From NCBI RefSeq assembly GCF_009914755.1, contig NC_060925.1: 64,000 nucleotides of DNA; one strand, written 5' to 3'. A program made the position numbers and the translations under genes. The notes beneath the pieces are model-generated. The model had not been told where the DNA came from. It was given only the letters and a program-made list of their open reading frames with translations, and ran no database searches. Below, one piece after another: positions 16,464 through 27,190 of the stretch (position 1 is its first letter; each line of letters opens with the position of its first letter). The stretch is from the human T2T-CHM13v2.0 reference genome, Homo sapiens.

Positions 16464-16562
16464 TTGGGGAAGGCTTTCCAACTGGATTATTTGCCCTAGA
16501 TCTCTTTTACTTGGGGAAGGCTTTCCAACTGGATTATTTGCCCTAGATCTCTTTTACTTGGG
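16464..16562. repeat. Perfect 47-bp tandem duplication in unique DNA
   Basis: TTGGGGAAGGCTTTCCAACTGGATTATTTGCCCTAGATCTCTTTTAC at 16464-16510 and 16511-16557, then TTGGG. Confidence 0.97.
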
Positions 16563-18271
16563 TCAGATAACAAGAAAAATAATTTACGTGTGAATGAAAT
16601 TTTTATGATTTTCCTTAAAAAAAAAAAAATCTCACATTCATCACTGTTGTCTGAGTTAATACATCCCCCTAGAAGAGCAACATCAGTTTGTATGTGAAAT
16701 CTTTGCCTTATTGGCTGTGATCACTCAGGGACAGGCATTTTCTCAATTTGAGCCTGGAGGTATTTCTAACAAAGAGATACATGTTTGTTTGCTGTTCTCT
16801 TAGAAGGGGGAATGAATTTGTTTCAAGAGGAGAATATTATTGTGTTAATTTAGAACACTCGAAATGTATGTGCCAAGGAAACCCATAAAATGCCATATGC
16901 CTTCACCCCTAAAATTATGATAATAAAAATGCTAATAATGTATCTATTCCACATAATTCAAATGCCTCAATTTCCCTGTATGCAAGAAGTGAGTGGGGAA
17001 ATTTATCTCCTCTCTTGGCCAGGGGCATTGTAAGGAATTAATTTCAGAATAATTTTTTCCTCCTAAGATGAAAGTTGTCAAGACAATAGTAGTAAGAATT
17101 ATTATAAGACAGTCTTCATATTCCAGGCAGGCTGCAGTTTGGAAATTTGTACTGTTTGAGTTTTAAAATGATTATTTATGCCAACACTTTTTCTAGTTGC
17201 CTTTGATAAGCATCATAAATACAGTGAATTACTTGTGTTTTCTTTTTAAAACTGACTTTGAATCTTTTAAAACAAGTTTCTTAGTCACAATAGACTTGTT
17301 TCTACTTGCAGCGCATATAGTAATCTTGACTGCAGCTTCCTGCAGGGTCTAGGATACCCTGCCGAGCTTCACATGACCAACATTATAACAGTACTGCCTG
17401 CTACCCCACTGTTTGTTTACTTCATATTCTCAACTCAAGATTGTTCATCTCTCTTCCCCCCAAACCGATGTTAGTTGTTATTTAGCAACTGTGACTTTTT
17501 AAAATCTTCTAAACCAGATTATTTTGGATTTTCAGGTTAAGAAGGTAGCTAGCCGGTGCTTTCACCAGACTTCCACTGAACACACAGAAAGAGAAGGAAA
17601 GTTATAGCAGCAAAAGGAATTCAAAAAATTGATTTAAAAAATGTATCAGACCTTAAGAGGATTTCTAATAACCAAAAAATGCTGGTATGGAATATCAGGA
17701 CAAAAGCATGAAATCAGTAGATTTAATTTAATATTGAGTCTATACTCAATATGTTTCTCTGCATCAGAGGTATGGATAACTTGCTGATCTGAGCGGGGGT
17801 AGCCATACTTCATACCACACTGGATCTGCTTTATGTGGCAGGAAGGCAATAAGAATGACTTCATTTTTCTATTCCCCCATTTGGTATTTCTTTTTGTCTG
17901 CATCACTTATCAAATAAATTCCTCAGCAGTGTTACCGGAAGGAGGAGTGGGAAAGCAATAGAGTGCTACATCCTGAGATGTGGATTCAGTGACAGAAAAT
18001 GGGCAGAACAAAGCCCTCTGGGGGTGCGGTTTTATTGGATTGTTTTCAGCAAGAGAAAAATGGTAGACTGCTTCAAATTGTCTGGAAAATGTGCCCTCTT
18101 CACAAACCAAAGATCAGGAATGGCGAGCAGGCAATCTTACTCTATTGAGCAGAGCTATGCTAGATGAATGACTGCTAGAAATTGCAAATGTGGTTTTGGT
18201 CTAAAGCAAAAAAAACAAATAAATAAAATAGCAGTGAAATAGCGATACTTTTGCCAGTCTCTAGGCTGATG

Positions 18272-18350
18272 CTTTTCAGCATGTGCTCCATATACCACCT
18301 GCAGCAGCCTTACTTTGGAAGCTTGTCAAATGCACAATTCCCTAGCCTCT
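18272..18350. mobile_element. MER5-like hAT fragment
   Basis: ACCACCTGCAGCAG...GCTTGTCAAATGCACAATTCC resembles MER5A. Confidence 0.5.
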
Positions 18351-18362
18351 CTTTTCCCACGT

Positions 18363-18720
18363 TTGTCAGCTTTGTTGTGATAATACCCCCATACTGCAAT
18401 CTCAGTGCCTTACAAAAACAAACTTCTGTATAGTGCTCAGGATTGCTGGAACTTTGCTTTACATGTGTTGGACATTAGGTGAAGGAACAGCCACTGGGAC
18501 ATTGTGGGACATATGGATCTCTTGACAGAGGGCAGCATCAAGAGATAGATGGGACCCACAAAATTTTATTTGAAACTTGGCCTTGGTGTTACATCAACTT
18601 ATATTCCATTGCTTAAAGCAAGACACCCACAGAATGTACCATAAGCCATGTAGCAATGGGTTAGAATGTGTATTCCTTTACAAGAAAAGGAGAACATAGT
18701 TGTGAAAATCACTACAATCT
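18363..18720 (-). mobile_element. Old MaLR LTR (MLT1-type) relic
   Basis: AATCTCAGTGCCTTACAAAAACAAAC, CATTGCTTAAAGCAAGACAC motifs. Confidence 0.5.
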
Positions 18721-18999
18721 CTTGCAATCCCAGAAAATATTTTTTCAATAGGTCAAGTGAGGCCAATGATTTGCAGTTTATCAGTACTCCCACATCATAT
18801 TCATAAATATTCAATTTGAAAATCATCAAACCATGTGAATAATGACAAGCTTTATGCTTTACCTTATTAATATATGATAAAGTGGGGGTTGTGCTTGAGA
18901 TGCAGAAGGAAAACATTTTGAGAAAAATATTTAATGTTGGTAAATTTTTAGAAGTATCTCCTTTGTGTTATAACATTAAATAGACTCTAGGATTGAATA

Positions 19000-19900
19000 A
19001 ATGATGACATGAAAATACAATGTGCTGATATTAATAGAGAACAGATTATTAAATAAGCAGAGGTGAAATGGGAACTTGAAGAGATGTGTATTCAATACTA
19101 AACATTTAATCTAAAGTACAGTATTGATAAGCATAATTGACAACACACAGTATTAAACCTACAATATGGAGAACAATCTTGAGAAATTAGCCTTAAATAA
19201 ATAGGAATAAATGAAGAAGATTAAATGGATAAAGGAGAAGAGACAGAAAATGGAAAATGGGAATTTAATATTAAAATGAGTGATGTCACAAATGAGAGAA
19301 GAAAATCAAATTTGAGTAATTACTTAAAAAATAGGACACAAGTTTCTGAAAAGAAAAATGTAAATTAGTTTTCACATTAAAATATCACATTAAGTACCAG
19401 CCTAATTGTTGAAATGATCCAATTCATATATATATATATATATATATAAAATGATCCATATGATATATATGAATTGGATCCAATATGGATGAATATGAAT
19501 TGGATGAATGTGAACATGATCTATATTATCTATATCTCTATATAATATATGTATATATATTAATTGGATCATTTCAACAATTCATCTGGCACTTATACAT
19601 ATATAAATGAATTATGTGTAATAATTCATATATTTATGTTATATATGAATTTAAGGAAAAGTTTTTCAAATATCCAGTAGAAAAAGATTACTTTCATCAT
19701 TTAATTTATTAGTATAACCTGAGACTTCTGCTGTACAATGTTGAGAACATTAAGCCAACAAAACAATTTCTGCTGGTATTTGAAGGAAAATGTTGTGACA
19801 TCAGATTGCTATATAGAGCCAATTCATCTTTCTCATCTAAAGGCAATAAAATAACACCCATATTTCCAAAGCTCAGAAAGTACACAAACATATTTTTTCC
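19000..19900 (+). mobile_element. Very old L1M/HAL1 ORF1-region relic
   Basis: GAGACTTCTG...GAAGGAAAATGTTGTGACATCAGATTGCTATATAGAGCCAATTCATC resembles the L1 ORF1 C-terminal region. Confidence 0.4.
19391..19595. repeat. AT-rich inverted repeat around an (AT)n low-complexity core
   Basis: Arms 19391-19424 and 19562-19595 match 30/34 with a perfect 21-bp core AATTGTTGAAATGATCCAATT. Confidence 0.85.
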
Positions 19901-20294
19901 AAATGTGTCCCAGATATAACAGTTTTCTAAATATATCAGAAATAATTATTTTAAAATGTTGTATAACATAAAATAAATTATCTGGATATTAAAAAAACAA
20001 AATATGCTAACTTAAATGTGAATTTTGGGAGGAAATTGGGAAGAAATATAAGGAGGCTAAATTCTTCATCTTTTGACAATATAAGTTTTGATAAATTCTA
20101 AAGGCCCAGCAACGTGTAAATGGATAAATAGGGTACATTCAAATGATAAGCCTTCAGAGCATAGTTCTGAAAATTATTCAACAGATGATATTCTTATTTG
20201 ATTGATTAGCTAAAATGTATTCAATATATTAAATCGATTATAAAATGTACATGCTGTATATAATCTTGCTAGGTATTTATGATGTAAAAAAGAC

Positions 20295-20690
20295 AATAAG
20301 TAGCAATTACATCCCAGTAGCAATGAGCATACCTAATGCCCAGGTCTAATAAAATTATCTGTTACAAAAGGAATAAAACAAACAAACAAAAAATAATGCT
20401 CATTTGGAGAAATGGCTCATACCCCAACTGGGGAGGAGAGTATTCAAGGTGAGCCTGGAGCATTTTGTAGTGTAAGAGAGTAAGTTTTAAAAAAAATGAA
20501 GCAAAACAAAATAAATTTTACAATGATGGAAGTATGACAAAGGGACACAGAAGCCAAGTAAAAAAACAAAACAACAACAACAACGAAAAAAACACACCTC
20601 CCACTGACATAAGCAGGTACGTTTGAGCAACAAGTTAAAATAGTATTGCATTTTAACTCAATGTATAAAATATACACCCATGTATACATA
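20295..20690 (+). mobile_element. L1MC-type 3'UTR fragment
   Basis: CCCAGTAGCAATGAGCATACCTAATGCCCAG, TTGGAGAAATGGCT, CAAGGTGAGCCTGGAGCAT. Confidence 0.8.
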
Positions 20691-22029
20691 CTTTGCTTCT
20701 TTTGTTGAAAATTAATTAATCAATTGGCCTTACTAGTGTAGATCTGTTTTTAACACTCTTTCTTCATATACATAAAAATGTACTATAGCACTGACTTTAT
20801 ATATAATCCAGCAAAGCAGGCATGCATTTATTAATGTGGGCTATCTACATTACTCTATTTCTTTCTCCTTTCTGTTTTCCCATTGCTTACAGTGCTCTTA
20901 CTCTCTCCTCCTTGCTCAATTCTCCTTCACTATCTTATTCTGTCATATCCGGCATCATAGATGATGGGCAAAGATAAAACTTTAAGTTTTCCATGATAGT
21001 AACAGACATTTAAAGTTGAGGCATGTTATATTTGTCCTTCAAAGGGACAGGCACAAAAAAATAGGTGTTCACATTTAGACCTTGGGACTCTTCAGAGAGT
21101 CACCAAATGCTTTATAAATACAAGAATAAAACCAGCTATAGAGATTTTCTTTTTAAAAAGAAAGGAAAGAGAGAGAAAACAACATATAATGCAAGAGGAA
21201 TTTGAACAACATTTTGCAGAATCCCATATGAAAAACAGACATTCTCCCATTGCAGCTAAATGTCAAAATACTCCTGTTTTATGGAACTTTTAACAACTAC
21301 ACATTCAAAGACCTGCCCTGAATATTACGATTCAATTTACCTGAAATTGAACCTATGCGTCTATATTTTTAGAAGATCCAATAGATTGAAGCTCTGACTT
21401 AAGAGGCACACATATGAAATTTCTGCTAGAAAAGAGATTTGAGAAAAGTAAAATATTTCTGACAAAAACCTTCAAGAACACAAGAGGCAAAAAGCTAAAG
21501 ATGAATGAGGACCTTTGAAAGAGGCCTTTGGATTAGGTTATTAAGGGGGGGACTATGAGGTTCATAAGATATTACTTAATATTTTAAAAAAGAAAATTCA
21601 AGTAACCTGGAGGTTTGTATTAATATGGGAACAATAAAAAAGGTATTTCCATTTTCTAGACCAAAGTTTTTGCTTTCAGAGTATGAACAAGTTAACATAT
21701 TATAAGTCATGTTAAGTCAATTATTTAAATCTGCATGACACTATGTTACCATTATCATTCAGCATTTATCAAAGAAAGGCAAAGTTGACATGATGCAACC
21801 AAAAGAACCCTGGATTTAGAGCAAGAAACCTGAGTTCAAATCATCACTCTGGCTTGGGTTCATTGGGAAGGGTTTTCCCAATCAGGTGATGTATATAATT
21901 ATCCCAAAATGCAATTACCAACTTATTTATCTTTCTCACTAACAATTTTGTAAACTCTTTGAGAGACAGAGGTTGTGGTCTATATAACTTCAGTTTCTAT
22001 TGTAGTGACTGGCATAGAATTTTAGCAAC

Positions 22030-22460
22030 TAGGTTTAGTAAAATTATGTATTAGAGGGTGGTATTAAAATAAAAAAAAAACACACATGCAAATCTCAGGG
22101 GCATAACGCGATAAAGATTTATTTCTCTTACCACAGTTTAATGTAGATTGGGCTAGGGGAAGATACTAACCCATGCTGTCAGTCAGGGTACTGGGTCATT
22201 TTACTTTGTAGCATTGCTATTTTCAAAACATCATATCTAACAGTCCATGGAACAGAAAGATAAAATAATGTTTACATGTGAAAGATTTTTTATAGGCCAG
22301 AACTGAAAATGGGAAACACATCTTATCTATATTCATTTGCTAGAACACTGACTGTGGCCCCAATCTAACTATAAGGGCAACTGAAAATGTTCTTTAGCTT
22401 TGTGAGCAGAAAAGAAATGGAACGTGTTTGATGGGCTCATAGTATTATTTCTGTCCCAGC
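22030..22460 (-). mobile_element. Old MLT1-type LTR relic
   Basis: AAATCTCAGGGGCATAAC...AAAGATTTATTTCTCTTA, TTCATTTGCTAGAAC...CCCAATCTAACT. Confidence 0.55.
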
Positions 22461-22484
22461 TTATGATGTTCTAAGCTCTTTATA

Positions 22485-22665
22485 GGTATCAAATTTTTGA
22501 CACACCTTTATGAGCTAAATATTACTATTACCTCCAATTTAGGATAGGTAATCTAAGACACAGAAAGATTAAGAGATACGTCCAAGGTTACAAAGGCCAT
22601 AAATGGGAAAGGTATGGTTCACACCCAAGCATTCTGGTATCAACGTTTGTACTTCTAAGCATTTC
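22485..22665 (-). mobile_element. MIR
   Basis: CTCCAATTTAGGATAGGTAATCTAAGACACAGAAAGATTAAG...CCAAGGTTACA...TTCACACCCAAGC. Confidence 0.7.
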
Positions 22666-23367
22666 AATAATGAGCACATAGTAAACACTTTGAGTGAATA
22701 AACAAAAATGACGATGATGGACCTCAGTATTTTAAAAACTACGTCCTGTGAGTTCCTGAAAGTATAGTGATAGTTAACAAGTAGAGCAGGCAGGTACTCA
22801 GTATCAGTAGAGCAATGATAGATGAAGAGATAGGTATAGATATACGGATAAATTGCTATTATAGAATGTTGAATGTGAAAGGGAGGATAACACATCAAAT
22901 GTTACTGGGCATGGGGCAAGAATAACTATCTCCTACAAAGGCCATGATGGACATTTTATGAGTGCTTTCTAAATTGAGCTAGACATTGGAGTCACCAACA
23001 AATGTAGGTAGGGTATTCGCAGAATCATCAGAAGTATCAGGTAGAAAAAAATATTAACTATTTTGATATGTATTCAAAGTTTCTTTATCTGAAAGCTTGA
23101 TGTTTGAAATAAAACAGTAGAAAATAAAGTAAGGTCAGATAATGATGAGTCTAAAATGACACATCTTTCAAATTTATACTTCAAAAATAGGAAGCTATCA
23201 AACATCTCTAAGCAGTGAAGTACTATGAATATATCTCTATGTTTATGGACATAAGACAGATAGATATGAAGTGGAAAATACTGGTGATAAAGATCCAATC
23301 AGATTACTCACAAACTATTGCTGTGGCAGTATTATGTGTCACGGATCCTTAAAAGTGGAATTATCTG

Positions 23368-23652
23368 TCATTCTCAGCAAACTAACACAAGAACAGAAAA
23401 CCAAACACCGCAGGTTCTCACTCATAAGTGGGAGTAGAACAATGAGAACACATGGACACAGGGAGGGGAACATCACACACTGGGGCCTGTCAGGGGTTAA
23501 GGGTTTAGGGGAGGGATAGCATTAGGAGAAATACCTAATGCAGATGACGGGTTGATGAGTGAAGCAAGCCACCATAGCACATGTATACCTGTGTAACAAA
23601 CCTGCACATTCTGCACATGTATCCCAGAACTTAAAGAATAATAAATTTAAAC
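23368..23652 (+). mobile_element. L1PA7/8-like 3' end, severely 5'-truncated
   Basis: CATTCTCAGCAAACTAACACAAGAACAGAAAACCAAACACCG...CCCAGAACTTAAAG; TSD AAAGTGGAATTATCTG (23352-23367) / AAAGGGGAATTATTTG (23653-23668). Confidence 0.92.
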
Positions 23653-24337
23653 AAAGGGGAATTATTTGGTTTCTATGTTTACTGTTTTTCTAAATATTAG
23701 TGTAAAGTGTCTTCACTTCACTATTAGTACTAGGATTCCAGATTGGAATCATCATTACCTTCCTAATATGGGTAAACCTACAATGTATATAATGTTTGGA
23801 GTCTAGCTCTCAAATCTACATGTCTGGAAAATGCTAAGACTATAAGCATGACTTTACACTTTGGCAATATCTAACTCCATAGCAGTAAAACACAGATGTA
23901 GAGGAAAATCCAAGTGTTTGATTCATTGGTTCCTAAATACTCTCTTAGCAATGTTGTGATAAAAATGAGATTTGGGAGGTGAGAATGCATAAGCTCATGT
24001 AAAATGTAGGCTTTAATAAATAACTATTCAGTGAGTAAAAGAAGTGGTGTAAATGAAGCAACTGAATTGAAATGTGAAAGCCTTGTAAATATGTTTACTT
24101 TTGGTTACTTACTGCTAAAGGTTGGAAAATCTATATAAGTTGCTATAATTAAGGGCATAGAACAATGTTGAGAACATAGTATCTCATTAAAATATGGACA
24201 CTCTGATGGTGATAACGAGAATTACATAACATGAGCAAGATGAAGAGTCCCTGAGAAGCTCTACTGCACCAAAAGCTCTTTGATACTTACAGACTTTTTA
24301 AAAAAATTAAATTTAAATTTATAAATAAGTTGCCACT

Positions 24338-24772
24338 CTGGTAGATTATATTAATAGCCTCAATTCTTAATTCTCCCTGTATCCATACCGTTAGTCACAT
24401 AACTAGTGCTATCCCACAGAGGGCAGGTCAAAATCTGTAGTCACATGGCTTGCTTTGAACAAAAGGATGTTAAAAGGTGTAATTCAAGGAATGTCTTTGA
24501 AAATACTTGCACAATTTAGCCTGTTTTCTAGTATGCCTCTGTCATGCTTGAGTTAGCCAACTTATCCCAGGAGGCTGAAAGACACATGGGGCCATTCCCA
24601 GCTAGCCCAGGACACACAAATGAATCAAATTTAGATCTTCAAAGTGGTTCAGCTGAACTAACTCTGATAAGCTAACAGAGAGTAACTACACAGACTCATG
24701 AGAAATGATAAATTGCTGTTTCAAGTCACTCAATTTGGGATGATTTTTAAAGCACTAACAACTAACTGATAA
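24338..24772 (+). mobile_element. MLT1I/J-like MaLR solo LTR
   Basis: GGTAGATTATATTAATAGCCTCAATTCTT...CTCCCTGTATCCA start; AAGTCACTCAATTTGGGATG...ACTAACTGATA end. Confidence 0.75.
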
Positions 24773-24906
24773 AATCCTCTCAAAATATTTCTTATCAAAA
24801 GTAACTAAAATACCCTTCCTAGCTCTAGAATAACTACAAAGAAGTTGGAAACTCTTCAAATAATATTCATGGCCTTGTGAGAATTTTAACTGTCCATGAT
24901 GGACAG

Positions 24907-25545
24907 TGTTGGGACTTGGAAAATGATACCCAAAAGTTTGATACCTTGGCATGCTGAGTACTTTGAAATGACAGAATTTGGAAAAGCCTCAGTAGGAAGG
25001 TCCTGACCTTCACCCATCCTCCTGCCTCTTGCCCCACATTCTCTTCCTCTGAGGTGAGTCATAGAGAACTGAATTCCTCTTCCCCAAGTCAGGTCATAGA
25101 AGCTAGAACTTTTGTCCCCCAAAGAAAGCCATAGAACTTGGAAAGGTTGCTCTCTCCCCTTTCCTTCTCCGTTGAAACCCTTATTTCAGAGGGGGCCTGC
25201 CCAAAACTCAGGGGGAAAAATGATGCTATGCAAAGAGGCCAGGAAGAATCTGAATATACAGACCTTGCTAGGTTTTTCCTCTCAGTCTATTACCATTTGA
25301 TCATACTCTTTTTTTTTCAGTCATATTTCTACACAGCTGTCTGTTCTTCATTGAATTTAAGCATAAAAATAGACAGTTTTCCAGGTCTTTGGGTCTTCAT
25401 TTCTGAAGGCTCCCATGTCAGGAAAAACTTTGATTAAATAAATTTGGCATGGTTTTTCTCTTGTTAAACTGTCTTTTGTTATAGGAATGTTGGCCATGAC
25501 CCTTATGGTAGGTGAAGAAAGAAGTCATACCTTTTCTTCCCTACA
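24907..25545 (+). mobile_element. ERV1 solo LTR, MER31-like
   Basis: TG...CA termini (TGTTGGGAC...CCCTACA); CCTTGGCATGCTGAGTACTTTGAA; 4-bp flanks ACAG/GCAG. Confidence 0.7.
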
Positions 25546-25936
25546 GCAGAAATAAAATTAATGAATGAATGCTCCTAAAAGGCTATCTTTCTGGAATGGC
25601 GAGAATCCAATGAACACTGGAAACTTATAGCTTTATGGGTTTTTGACCCATGTAAGAAAAATGGAAGGGTTTCTAATTAGAGACTTAGGAAACAACTTAC
25701 AAAAAGTAAGCGTGATTTTTATTCAGAGAGAGAAGATCATTCTCGTTTCCTTCTCTCCATCTCACCAATTTAGAATTAGTTTCATATAAGTTTCAAAGCA
25801 GAATAGCTGTGCTTTTTTTTTCCATTCATTTCCCAGTTTCTCTGAAGTGTTTGTTTTTCTTGCTCAATCCATTCCTCTCCTTTTCTAATTTATCTACCTC
25901 TAATTGTGAAAAACAGATAACTACAACTTATCACAT

Positions 25937-25971
25937 TGGTTTTCTTAGAGGTAGTGGTTTTCTTAGAGGTA
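25937..25971. repeat. 18-bp tandem duplication
   Basis: TGGTTTTCTTAGAGGTA twice. Confidence 0.9.
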
Positions 25972-26248
25972 TTTATATACCATATAAATCATATGTAAAG
26001 TCCAGTCCTTAGTAATGTAATATAAATTTACAAATGATGCCATTCTTATGCTAATTCAGATAAATGCCAGATTATATGACTCCAACCTGCTCAGAGAAGC
26101 TGAGATAGGAATGGAATCATGAATGAGTCACATATTCTGATTTCTAAAGGGTAGAGAATACCAAGAAACAACCATTTTAGGTTCCTACTCCTTGAATATT
26201 TCAGTCAGACCTGGGATTAATAATTATAAATCGCTATGCATTGAGAAC

Positions 26249-26570
26249 TGTGGTAGTCTTTAGCATTATTCAATAAGCATTTCTGGCTTCCTCTTATCCA
26301 AACAAACTTCCAGGATTTTTCTGTTTGGGTATAACTCTATGACCAGTTATGGTCAATTAATCGTGAATGAAAATGACTCTTGTAATGTTTGGCCAGAACA
26401 TTTTGTTGCTGGTGTGAGACCCTACAGGGCTTGTTTCCCTCTAACACCTTGACTGGCAATATTTCAGATAATGGCTGCTCCATTAACTTGGGTCCTGAAG
26501 TAAAGATAAATTATAGCACAGTATTCAGCCTCCCTGTGACAAATACCCTAAGTATATACCTTAAGTGTGA
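26249..26570 (+). mobile_element. MLT1J-like LTR, 5' part
   Basis: TGTGGTAGTCTTTAGCATTATTCA start; TTCAGATAATGGCTGCTCCATTAACTTGGGTCC; its missing 3' end may lie at 37500-37563. Confidence 0.65.
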
Positions 26571-26804
26571 ATACAGCTATATATAAAAGAATCTAGAAGA
26601 AAATTTACCAAGTGGTATAATCAGTAATTGTTAGGCAGGGAAATTGTAGTTTTCTTTTTCTCTTGTTTTGCTGGTAGAAATTTTAAAATTTTTATTTAAT
26701 ACATATAATATCTTTCTGTATTGAAAGTTATAGTTTACTTTAAATATATATGATCTCTTAATGTGCTTGAAACTGTAGCAGCCTGGTAAGTTAAATAAGA
26801 ATTA

Positions 26805-26870
26805 TACAGTGGACAGCTATTATTAATTTCTACTGTGTGCTCATTTCCCTTTTCTTCTGGAAACTGTTCT
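26805..26870 (+). mobile_element. LTR33/LTR41-like ERVL LTR, 5' part (resumes ~37205-37450)
   Basis: TACAGTGGACAGC...CATTTCCCTTTTCTTCTGGAAAC; continuation CATCCCCTGGCAATTGG...ATGTGAC...GCCAAGGAGAGTC after the MLT2 end. Confidence 0.5.
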
Positions 26871-26901
26871 TGTATTAGAGTTTTCCTGAAAAACAGAATT
26901 A

Positions 26902-26942
<41 letters not shown>

Positions 26943-27190
26943 ATTTTCATTTATGGAATTAGCTCATGTGATTATGAAGGCTTCAAAGTCCAAAATCTGA
27001 CAGATAGGCTAGCAAGAAAGAACTGATGTTGCAGTTCAAATCCAAAGGCTGCCTGTTGGCAGAATTTGTTCTTGCTCAGGGTAGGCCAATCTGATTTGCT
27101 AAGGCCTTCAACTAGTTATATGAATCCCATTCACATTATGGAGGATTATCTGATCTACTTAAAGTCCACCAATTTAAATGTTAATCTCAT
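26871..27190 (-). mobile_element. MLT2 (ERVL) LTR, left part, with internal (TG)n 26904-26937
   Basis: TGTATTAGAGTTTTCCTGAAAAACAGAA terminus; AAGGCCTTCAACT...CACATTATGGAGG...AAAGTCCACCAATTTAAATGTTAATCTCAT. Confidence 0.85.

Noticed and set aside
17330-17550. Possible splice acceptors (CTTCCTGCAG, GGATTTTCAG) as host-gene exons
   Set aside because: No paired strong donor or recognisable reading frame; cannot be supported without transcript data.
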